Assembly (NCBI GenBank): GCA_038247415.1
Contig: JBBRUX010000070.1
Span: 1 to 13,166, forward strand
Source of the DNA: Chitinivibrionales bacterium
Lineage (GTDB): Bacteria; Fibrobacterota; Chitinivibrionia; Chitinivibrionales; WJKA01
Direction of reading: 5' to 3'
DNA length: 13,166 bases
In this document: positions 1 through 7,483 of the stretch, piece after piece
Layout: the number at the start of each line of letters is the position of its first letter
Numbering within the stretch: position 1 is the first letter of the stretch
The notes under the pieces: generated by a model
Databases searched by the model: none
What the model was told of the DNA's origin: nothing
The model's input: the letters and a program-made list of their open reading frames with translations, nothing else
Translations under genes and position numbers: made by a program

Positions 1-1
1 G

Positions 2-472
2 AGCTGTGAATGGGCGAATGGTATCGGAAAGAAAAACATCGTAGGTGATATTGTGTCCTGCTTGAGTATAGCGCGAAAAATGAAGGGAGATATCGCCGTT
101 ATCATAGGAGCTATCAGTATCGTTTGCAATGAGGTGTATCCATAGCCTATCGCCTTGAAACATGGTTCCCCGACTAAAGTTGTCGGAGAAAAATTCGAGA
201 AGGATTGTATCCCCGCGGCTTGAAACCGTATTAGGTGCCATGAAGTTTCCTTTGTACGTGACTTCTTCTTTGCCAATTATCCCATGAAAAATAACGGGCG
301 GGATATAAAGGGGACCAAGAAGTGCGCGGGGGTTTGTGCAGCCCATCGATATAAGGAGTGTTAACGGCAACACTAAGCGTATACATGAGATACAGAAGCA
401 GGTTGTCAGCATGCTGAATTGAGTCCATCGCAAAAATGATGATATACACGATAATTCAGAATCTATTTTCAT
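2..472 (-). CDS. Hypothetical protein, probable lipoprotein; runs off the left edge of the window
   Basis: Manual translation: the frame is stop-free from ATG 472 (or in-frame ATG 412) to the edge: MLTTCFCISCIRLVLPLTLLISMGCTNPRALLGPLYIPPVIFHGIIGKEEVTYKGNF...YDVFLSDTIRPFTA. A hydrophobic stretch ends in lipobox-like ISMG-C (Cys codon 338-340). It is absent from the ORF track because it has no stop in the window. Confidence 0.7.
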   Translation of the reverse strand, partial: MKIDSELSCISSFLRWTQFSMLTTCFCISCIRLVLPLTLLISMGCTNPRALLGPLYIPPVIFHGIIGKEEVTYKGNFMAPNTVSSRGDTILLEFFSDNFSRGTMFQGDRLWIHLIANDTDSSYDNGDISLHFSRYTQAGHNITYDVFLSDTIRPFTA

Positions 473-530
473 ATTTTGAATTATATCATTGGTGCATGCA
501 AAAATCACGGCTAACAATAGGATGATAACT

Positions 531-1445
531 ATGACCGAATATGAGATAAGTACGATGCAGAAATTCCTTGAAACGAATTGCCCTGGTCAGTATCTCATGA
601 ATGAGCCATTATCGTTACATGCATGGTATAAGATTGGTGGCCCTGCCGATTTTTTTGTGTGTCCCGCCGATTCTGCATCGTTTCGTTTGTTACTTGCGGA
701 ATGCTCACAACGACAGGTTCCCGTTTTTATCATTGGCGAAGGTTCCAATCTTCTTGTTTCGGACAAAGGAGTTAGAGGCGTTATAGTCTCGCTTGCTCAT
801 ACCTATAATAGAATCGAAGTTATTGGCAGTACTATTTCTGTAGGGGCCGGGGCCCGCCTGCGAGATCTTGTGTACGCTGCCGAGGTTGCCGGACTTGCAG
901 GTCTTGCATATTTGTCGGGGATTCCCGGTACTGTGGGCGGTGCGCTCACCATGAATGCAGGAACAGACTTTGCAGAAATAGGCGATGTTGTTACCCGTGT
1001 TTTTGGAACAACCTTTGCTGGTGAAAGTAACGTGTTTGCAAAAGAGACTATAGGTTTTGGGTATCGTACATCGGGAGCTTTAAAAGGGCATTGTTTGCTA
1101 GGGTGTGAAGTTGAACTTGTGCCCACAAGCAGAGAAGAACTTGCAGGAATTAGAGATACCCTCTTAAAAACGCGTGCAACAAAACAACCATTGGAATACC
1201 CCTCGTGTGGCAGCGTTTTTAAAAGACCTCCAGGATTTTATGTTGGGCGCTTGGTAGAAGAATCGGGCCTCAAAGGTTTTTCTCATGGCGATGCCATGGT
1301 ATCCGAAAAACATGGCGGATTTATTATTAATCGCGGAAGCGCAACCGCAGAGGATGTCCGCTATTGTATGAACCATGTTGCAGATGTTGTCTTCAAACGA
1401 TATTCTATCGTGCTGGAACCTGAAGTACGGTTAATTGGATTTTAA
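531..1445 (+). CDS. murB: UDP-N-acetylenolpyruvoylglucosamine reductase
   Basis: Motifs KIGGPADFF, IGEGSNLLVSD, LSGIPGTVGGALTMNAG, FGYRTS, QPLEYPSCGSVFKRP, KHGGFIIN, LEPEVRLIG. ATG 531 is preferred over TTG 489 (AGGA upstream); the exact start is uncertain. Confidence 0.96.
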   Translation: MTEYEISTMQKFLETNCPGQYLMNEPLSLHAWYKIGGPADFFVCPADSASFRLLLAECSQRQVPVFIIGEGSNLLVSDKGVRGVIVSLAHTYNRIEVIGSTISVGAGARLRDLVYAAEVAGLAGLAYLSGIPGTVGGALTMNAGTDFAEIGDVVTRVFGTTFAGESNVFAKETIGFGYRTSGALKGHCLLGCEVELVPTSREELAGIRDTLLKTRATKQPLEYPSCGSVFKRPPGFYVGRLVEESGLKGFSHGDAMVSEKHGGFIINRGSATAEDVRYCMNHVADVVFKRYSIVLEPEVRLIGF

Positions 1446-1462
1446 TTACAAAGGAGAAATAG

Positions 1463-2707
1463 ATGTATACGCCAAAAAAAATAGGTGTTGTAGGTCTTGG
1501 ATATGTTGGACTCCCTCTTGCCATCGAGCTTGCTCGATATTTTCCGGTAGTTGGCATTGATAGTAGTGCTGCCCGAATTGCTATACTTAAATCTGGTAAG
1601 GATCCCAATGGTGAGGTTGCAGATGCAACGCTTTCTGTATCGAAGCTTGAGTATAGTGCAGATCCGGTAGTCCTTGCTTCATGCGATTTTATTATTGTTG
1701 CGGTACCAACGCCTGTCGACGATCATAATAACCCCGATCTCACTCCTGTTGTCAAGGCATCCGAAAGTGTTGGAAAAAATCTCTCAGCAGGATGCATTGT
1801 TGTGTATGAGTCAACGGTATACCCGGGTGTTACCGAAGATGAATGCGTACCGGTGCTTGAGCGTATGTCGGGCAAGACCTGGAAGAAAGACTTTTTTGTA
1901 GGCTATTCACCCGAACGCATTAATCCGGGCGATACGGTACATACCTTTGCAACTATTACAAAAATTGTCTCGGGCGATAGTCCCGAAACACTCGACAAAG
2001 TTGCGGCGGTGTATGCAACGGCTGTTAAGGCCGGGGTGTATCGCGCCGAATCTATTAAAGTTGCCGAAGCTGCCAAGGTCATTGAAAATACTCAGCGCGA
2101 TATTAATATTGCCCTTATGAATGAATTGCGGATCATATTCGACAAAATGGGAATATCGACCGCAGCGGTTTTGGCAGCAGCTAAAACAAAGTGGAATTTC
2201 CTCCCTTTTTCTCCGGGTCTTGTTGGAGGCCATTGCATTGGCGTAGATCCTTATTACTTAGCATATAAAGCCGAAGAAATTGGGCATCATCCGCAGATTA
2301 TTATGGCAGGACGCCGTATTAACGATGCTATGGGCCGTTATTTTGCGCGCGAGCTTATCAAGAGCATGATTCAAAAGGGAATAGGCATCAAAGATGCGCG
2401 GGTTCTTATTCTGGGGATCACGTTTAAAGAAAATGTACCTGATATCAGAAATTCGCGCGTGCTTGATATTGTCAAGGAATTGCGCGATTTCGGTATACAC
2501 ATCGATATTACCGACCCGTCTGCCGACCCTGCCGAAGTCAAGCATGAGTACGGCATAACCCTCGTTGAAAAACCAGTTCTGGGAACGTATCAGGGAGTTG
2601 TGCTTGCCGTTGCCCATACAACCTTTGTAGAATTGGGTAAGGATGCACTTTCGAAGTATTGTGTACCTGAGGGTGTTTTTTACGACATAAAAGAATTGTT
2701 TGCATGA
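1463..2707 (+). CDS. Nucleotide-sugar 6-dehydrogenase, UDP-GlcNAc/GalNAc dehydrogenase type (TviB/WbpO/CapL-like)
   Basis: Rossmann GVVGLGYVGLPLA, VAVPTP, VYESTVYPG, YSPERINPGD, EAAKVIENTQRDINIALMNE, catalytic GGHCIGVDPYYL, LGITFKENVPDIRNS. SD AAAGGAG upstream. Confidence 0.93.
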   Translation: MYTPKKIGVVGLGYVGLPLAIELARYFPVVGIDSSAARIAILKSGKDPNGEVADATLSVSKLEYSADPVVLASCDFIIVAVPTPVDDHNNPDLTPVVKASESVGKNLSAGCIVVYESTVYPGVTEDECVPVLERMSGKTWKKDFFVGYSPERINPGDTVHTFATITKIVSGDSPETLDKVAAVYATAVKAGVYRAESIKVAEAAKVIENTQRDINIALMNELRIIFDKMGISTAAVLAAAKTKWNFLPFSPGLVGGHCIGVDPYYLAYKAEEIGHHPQIIMAGRRINDAMGRYFARELIKSMIQKGIGIKDARVLILGITFKENVPDIRNSRVLDIVKELRDFGIHIDITDPSADPAEVKHEYGITLVEKPVLGTYQGVVLAVAHTTFVELGKDALSKYCVPEGVFYDIKELFA

Positions 2708-3657
2708 AGCTTTCTCTTGTAATTCCTGCATTTAACGAAGCGTTAGCCCTGCCGCAGCTTTTTGTAAGAATCGAGGCGGCAGTTTCTTTGTTCGATTATG
2801 AGGTTATTCTGGTTGATGATGGAAGTGCCGATGCTTCTGCCGATATTGTTATTAAGGCAACGCAAAAAAACCCCCGTATCAAACTTTTAAAGCTTCAAAA
2901 AAATTGTGGGCATCAGCTTGCATTGCGTGCAGGCCTGAGTGCTGCGCAAGGCGATTATTGCATAACGCTTGACGCAGATGGCCAGCATCCACCAGAATCG
3001 ATACCGCTCATGATAGATGCTGCAAAAGAAGGGCATGATGTTGTTGTCATGGTTCATGATGGAAAACAAATGGGATTTCTCAAGGAATTTTGGTCGCGCA
3101 ATTTCTATCGAATATTCTCTCGTCTAACGGGTGTTGCACTGCATCGTCACGAATCCGATTTTCGTCTTGTTTCTCGTCGTGTGCTTACTATCATCAATCA
3201 ATTACCCGAGCGTAATGTTTTTCTAAGGGGGCTCTTGCCAACACTTGGATTTTCGCTCTGTCGCAAGTATTACTCGCTTGGTAATCGATTTTCAGGAACT
3301 GCCCGCTACACGTTTGGTGCATCGCTGAAACTTGCGATTGAGGCAATTTTCAGTTTTTCTACCATGCCTATTCGCATGTTGTTTTCGTTTGGGTTCTTTA
3401 TTGCTGCTCTTTCCTTTGCTTATGGTGCATTCAACATTTACTGTAAGTTTTTCACTAAAATCAACTTGCCAGGGTTTACCGATATTATTGCTTCGATTCT
3501 CTTTTTGGGTGGATTAAACCTTATTATGCTTTCGGTTATCGCTAAGTATCTACAAATTGTAGTTGATCATCTTAAAAAACGGCCGGAATACCTCATCGAT
3601 ACGCAAAAATCATCGAAGAGTCTTGTCTTAGGTAATTCTCCTATTGTCGGGTCATGA
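2704..3657 (+). CDS. GT2 polyprenol-phosphate glycosyltransferase (GtrB/ArnC/YkoT-like)
   Basis: VIPAFNE, VDDGSAD, NCGHQLALRAGL, DxD motif LDADGQHPPE, DFRLVSRR, FLRGL, and two C-terminal hydrophobic helices. ATGA overlap with the upstream gene. Confidence 0.92.
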   Translation: MKLSLVIPAFNEALALPQLFVRIEAAVSLFDYEVILVDDGSADASADIVIKATQKNPRIKLLKLQKNCGHQLALRAGLSAAQGDYCITLDADGQHPPESIPLMIDAAKEGHDVVVMVHDGKQMGFLKEFWSRNFYRIFSRLTGVALHRHESDFRLVSRRVLTIINQLPERNVFLRGLLPTLGFSLCRKYYSLGNRFSGTARYTFGASLKLAIEAIFSFSTMPIRMLFSFGFFIAALSFAYGAFNIYCKFFTKINLPGFTDIIASILFLGGLNLIMLSVIAKYLQIVVDHLKKRPEYLIDTQKSSKSLVLGNSPIVGS

Positions 3658-3660
3658 TCG

Positions 3661-5145
3661 ATGTCCTCTTTCGTGCACTCTGATAGTTGTTCCCCCATAA
3701 GAATAATTGCCGACGATTTTGGACTTCATCAGGATATTAACCGGGGAATTCTCGAATGTGCACACGTAGGAACTATTACCGGTTGCTCTGTAGCGCTCAC
3801 GGGCATTGCATCCACACCTGAGTGGATTTCTAAGCTTGCTCGTATACAAAAAGAGAACAAATATTTTTCTGTTGGAGTGCATCTTATGCTTCCGGAAAAT
3901 CTAGAACTCTTTACCGATTTCAAAAAGTGTTCTGGATTTGCCATGGTAATATCATTGACTAAAAGCATCATACATATGCTTGTACTCATGACTCAAAGCT
4001 CAAAAATAGCGCGCGCGTGGGAAGAACAAATTTTGAAGCTTATTGATGCAGGCATTGTACCCCAGCATATCGATAGCCATCAACATACCCACCTATTTCC
4101 GTTTCTCTGGTCGAAAGCATATAGCCTTTCTAAAAAATATAAAATCCCGATTATCCGAACCGGGTATCAGTCAGTAGTGCAACCACTGCTGCTTTTATCT
4201 CCTGTATTGTTTATATTCCAGATCCTTGCGTTTATTCGATATTGCTTTTTGCCTACACGTAGAAAAACCCTTGGTATGTTTTGTAGTACCCGCTTTCGGG
4301 TTGACGAAATTATTCCGCTGTTAATGCGGTGCATGAAGGCGAATCGGCCGTGCGAAATTGTGGTGCATCCAGGAATAGAAACTCAAAGTCTTAAGGATGC
4401 TTTCCCGCAGTGGAATTCGCAATGGGATAGAGAATGTGAAGAGCTGGTAGTATTGAAAAAAATGATAGCAGCTATAAACGACAATCAAAAAATTCATCGA
4501 GAAGTACTGCACTCGTATGTCAACGCGAGCAAAGCCACTCAAAACTTTATTTCGTTACGTGCGCGCTTGTGTCCTTTTTGGTTTATAGAACCATTCCTGC
4601 CGACAACAGGAGTAATTTTAGATTTTGGCGCGGGACATGGATATGCAAGCGTTTACATGGAGCTACGGGAAAAGAATCGCACTCTTCTGGCTCTTGATAG
4701 TAGTGCACAAAAGAGAAAAATAGCCAAAGGCGCCTTTTCCGATGCACACGCAAAAGGCTTGGCTATATCCTGTTTAGAAGATACAGACCTTGAAATGCTT
4801 AATAACCTTTCGGGTGCTATGATGCTTGATGTAGCGTATCGGATTCCTTTTTATCAACAAGAAGAAATCATGACTGCTTTATGTCACACACTGCAGAGTG
4901 GTGGAATTTTTGTTCTAAAAGAAACCGTTAAGGCATTTTCGATTCGGTATATGCTCGCCTATTTAGAAGAGTGTTTGGTTGTATCATTTCAGGATAGGAA
5001 GCTCTGTATGTCGTTTAATTTTCGAACCAGGGATGAGTGGGTTCGGGTGCTTGAAAAAAGTGGGTTTACGCATGTGAGAGTGTATGCAGTTCCTGGGGAG
5101 ACTATTAATAATAAGTCTTTTGTATTTGTAGGACAAAGAGAATAA
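3661..5145 (+). CDS. YdjC/ChbG/HpnK-family carbohydrate deacetylase fused to a class I SAM-dependent methyltransferase
   Basis: N-terminal ~270 aa carry ADDFG, VGVHL, HIDSHQHTH and EIVVHPG (YdjC family motifs). C-terminal ~220 aa carry ILDFGAGHG (SAM motif I), LALDSS, MLDVAY and LQSGGIFVLKE. Single uninterrupted ORF. Confidence 0.85.
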   Translation: MSSFVHSDSCSPIRIIADDFGLHQDINRGILECAHVGTITGCSVALTGIASTPEWISKLARIQKENKYFSVGVHLMLPENLELFTDFKKCSGFAMVISLTKSIIHMLVLMTQSSKIARAWEEQILKLIDAGIVPQHIDSHQHTHLFPFLWSKAYSLSKKYKIPIIRTGYQSVVQPLLLLSPVLFIFQILAFIRYCFLPTRRKTLGMFCSTRFRVDEIIPLLMRCMKANRPCEIVVHPGIETQSLKDAFPQWNSQWDRECEELVVLKKMIAAINDNQKIHREVLHSYVNASKATQNFISLRARLCPFWFIEPFLPTTGVILDFGAGHGYASVYMELREKNRTLLALDSSAQKRKIAKGAFSDAHAKGLAISCLEDTDLEMLNNLSGAMMLDVAYRIPFYQQEEIMTALCHTLQSGGIFVLKETVKAFSIRYMLAYLEECLVVSFQDRKLCMSFNFRTRDEWVRVLEKSGFTHVRVYAVPGETINNKSFVFVGQRE

Positions 5146-5147
5146 GA

Positions 5148-5355
5148 ATGTGGGCACGCCGGCGCAAAAGCGCCGTCGGTCCTCACCTCTTCGGGCGCCC
5201 AAAGGAAGTACCCTTGGGGTATTTTCCGATGCGGCTTCTCCTAGGCTCGTGCTTCGCAAGCCGGTACATTCGTCCTTGCGGCACTGCGTGCCTGAGTCCG
5301 CCCGCACTGACGGTGACACTCCGTTTACCCCGGAACATTCCGTCCGCCCTCGTGC
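5148..5355. ncRNA. GC-rich multi-hairpin element (structured RNA or MITE-like repeat; resembles the Flavo-1 family)
   Basis: 127 of 200 nt are G/C over 5151-5350. Terminal pairing GCACG(5154-58)/CGTGC(5351-55); hairpins at 5160-5175, 5204-5227, 5244-5262 and 5280-5292; flanked by direct repeat ATAAGA. The family resemblance is from recall, not a covariance-model search. Confidence 0.55.
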
Positions 5356-5410
5356 ATAAGAGGAATACAAAATCCAATCAGAAATTTAAGGCTTTTTCTT
5401 CTGTTTTGCA

Positions 5411-5440
5411 AACCCCCAAGTGTGGGGGTAGGGGGTTGGG
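5411..5440. repeat. REP-like C5/G5/G5 palindrome
   Basis: AACCCCCAAGTGTGGGGGTAGGGGGTTGGG: stem ACCCCCA(5412-18)/TGGGGGT(5423-29), followed by a second GGGGGTT tract that can also pair with AACCCCC. Confidence 0.55.
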
Positions 5441-5454
5441 CTATCTGGAAAGCA

Positions 5455-5557
5455 TTTTCCAAGTTGGATATAAAGGGCTACCGAGCCCTTTCCATCATAA
5501 TCAGCATCAGTTTTTATTTTTCCAAGTTGGATATAAAGGGCCACCTGGCCCTTTCCA
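5455..5557. repeat. Two 40-bp palindromic direct repeats separated by 23 bp
   Basis: 5455-5494 TTTTCCAAGTTGGATATAAAGGGCTACCGAGCCCTTTCCA and 5518-5557 TTTTCCAAGTTGGATATAAAGGGCCACCTGGCCCTTTCCA; 37/40 identical. Each carries an 8-bp stem with a 4-nt loop. May act as terminators between the convergent genes. Confidence 0.9.
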
Positions 5558-5576
5558 GTTTGAAATTCTTATTTTT

Positions 5577-7340
5577 TTACTTTATTTGCGCTCCCACAAG
5601 CTCAGCCAAAGCCGCACTCACCAATGCTATTCTTGCATTAACCTCTTGTTCGGCTTGCGCAAAGAGCAATCCTTGCCGGCTCTTGCAGGATGCGTAAAAT
5701 TTAATTTTCGGCTCTGTTCCTGAAGGGCGTACGGTAACCATGCAACCATCGACACATACAAATTGAAGCACGTTGGACGATGGAAGCGAAATATTTTTGA
5801 CGCGTGCGTTTGTTTCGAAGGTTAAGGTTGTTCCATCATGGTAATCCTTGACGCATACCACGGTGACACCTGCAAAGGTTTTGGGGGGATTTGCTCGGAG
5901 CTTGTCCATGAGGGCATTCATTGCAGCGAGGCCTTTTTCGCCCTTGAAGGTATCTGAGCGCAGCATTTCTTTGTAGTAGCCAAATTTTTCGTAAATCTGG
6001 GCAAGGCGGTCGACGAGGGTCAAGCCCTTGGTTTTATAGTACAAGGTCATTTCGGCGGTAAGGGTGGCAGCAGAAATTGCGTCCTTATCGCGCACCTCTG
6101 TTTCGACAAGATATCCATAGCTCTCTTCGCCACCAAAAATGTAGCTGAGTCCGCTGCCATTTGTCTCAAACTCTCTAATTTTTTCGCCAATGTATTTAAA
6201 TCCTGTCAAGACATCAAAACTTGTTAAACCGTAGGATTCTGCAACCACGCGTTGCAACTCTGTTGTGACGATTGTTTTAACAAAAGCTCCCTGTGCTGGC
6301 ATGGTTCCGTTTTCGATACGGCCTTCGGCAATATAGCTTAACAAAAGAACACCAAGCTGATTGCCTGTTAGAAAACGATAATCCCCGTGATGCAATACTG
6401 CAATGCCAAGACGGTCGGCATCGGGATCGGTGGCAAGCACAAGATCTGACGAATGCTCACGGGCGCAGGCGATGGCAAGCTCAAGCGCGGCGGCTTCCTC
6501 GGGGTTAGGGGACTTGACAGTAGGAAAATTCCCATCTGGTCGTTTTTGCTCTTCTACAAAAAGGGGACGGATACCCAAAGCATTAAGAGCCCGCTCTAAG
6601 GGCATTGCTCCTGTCCCATGTAAGGGCGTACAGACAACAGAAAGTTTTGACGCCTCGGTAGCAACAAGCTTAGGCCGGATTGCTTGACGTGTTACCATTG
6701 CAATAAATGCGTCGTCGAGATCTTTATCCACCCATACCAAAAGACCTTGTGCCAAAGCCTCTTCTTCGGTGATAGATGCGATAGTTTTTACCGAGCGCAC
6801 CATATCGATAATACCGCAATCGTGGGGTGGAACAATTTGCGCTCCATCGTTCCAATACACTTTATAGCCATTGTATTCTGGTGGATTATGTGATGCCGTA
6901 ACCACGATACCCGCGGTTGCAGAAAGTTTACGCACCGAGAATGAAAGCTGTGGGGTTGAACGAACGCCCGTATATACATATGTTTTAATGCCATTGGCAC
7001 ATAGACTCAGTGCTGCTTCACGCGCAAACAGATCGGAAAAATGGCGCGAATCGTAGGCGATTACAGCGCTCCCCTTATTTTTGCCTACTGCTTTGGTGAT
7101 ATAATCGGCAAGTCCTTGTGTTGCTCTGCGTACTACAAACGGATTCATTCTGTTAAACCCACCGCCAATGACCCCACGCAATCCCCCGGTGCCAAATTCC
7201 AGATCGGCAAAGAACCTATCGGAAAGTTCGTCGATTTTTCCCGATGCAATAAGAGCGTCTACTTGCGCTCTAAAGAAATCATGCTTTTCGAGGGTGATAT
7301 ATTCTTTGGCTTTAGCAAGAATTGCATCGTGTGTGTTCAT
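5577..7340 (-). CDS. pgm: Phosphoglucomutase/phosphomannomutase (alpha-D-phosphohexomutase family)
   Basis: LEFGTGGLRG, catalytic TASHNPPEYNGYK, metal loop DPDADR, sugar loop GGEESYG, RPSGTEPKIKFY. SD-like AAGGA upstream. Confidence 0.94.
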   Translation of the reverse strand: MNTHDAILAKAKEYITLEKHDFFRAQVDALIASGKIDELSDRFFADLEFGTGGLRGVIGGGFNRMNPFVVRRATQGLADYITKAVGKNKGSAVIAYDSRHFSDLFAREAALSLCANGIKTYVYTGVRSTPQLSFSVRKLSATAGIVVTASHNPPEYNGYKVYWNDGAQIVPPHDCGIIDMVRSVKTIASITEEEALAQGLLVWVDKDLDDAFIAMVTRQAIRPKLVATEASKLSVVCTPLHGTGAMPLERALNALGIRPLFVEEQKRPDGNFPTVKSPNPEEAAALELAIACAREHSSDLVLATDPDADRLGIAVLHHGDYRFLTGNQLGVLLLSYIAEGRIENGTMPAQGAFVKTIVTTELQRVVAESYGLTSFDVLTGFKYIGEKIREFETNGSGLSYIFGGEESYGYLVETEVRDKDAISAATLTAEMTLYYKTKGLTLVDRLAQIYEKFGYYKEMLRSDTFKGEKGLAAMNALMDKLRANPPKTFAGVTVVCVKDYHDGTTLTFETNARVKNISLPSSNVLQFVCVDGCMVTVRPSGTEPKIKFYASCKSRQGLLFAQAEQEVNARIALVSAALAELVGAQIK

Positions 7341-7483
7341 GAAACATCCTTAAAAAAAGTATGGATACAACAAATAAGTAAATTCAGTGCTTAAATTCGA
7401 ACAACAGCCCATAATCTTACCTCGCTGGTATAAAATAATTCTATCTCTTAAGAATCAGTACCCGCATCGATTATTTTTCTCCC

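Noticed and set aside
231..449. 72-aa minus-strand ORF from the track
   Set aside because: It overlaps a longer stop-free frame on the same strand (2-472) that has a lipoprotein signal; likely a shadow ORF.
5148..5355. RNase P RNA, 6S RNA, SRP RNA or tmRNA
   Set aside because: No GAGGAAAGTCC RNase P signature, no SRP domain IV motif, no tRNA-like ends, and the fold is multibranched rather than the 6S rod.
5455..5557. CRISPR array
   Set aside because: Only two repeats and one short AT-rich 23-bp spacer, with no cas genes in the window. Kept as a generic repeat.
5148..5723. 191-aa ORF and other short ORFs across the intergenic region (4984-5370, 5150-5359, 5183-5377, 5422-5697)
   Set aside because: No recognisable domains or ribosome-binding sites. 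They read through palindromic elements (the repeated FQVGYKG merely reflects the 40-bp repeat) and several overlap real genes.
5832..5842. 11-bp match (TCCATCATGGT) to the tRNA 3' region as a possible att site
   Set aside because: It lies inside the intact pgm coding sequence, upstream of the tRNA, and is short enough to be chance.
7341..7483. LexA/SOS box upstream of rarA-radC
   Set aside because: I found no convincing palindrome matching a LexA consensus I know.
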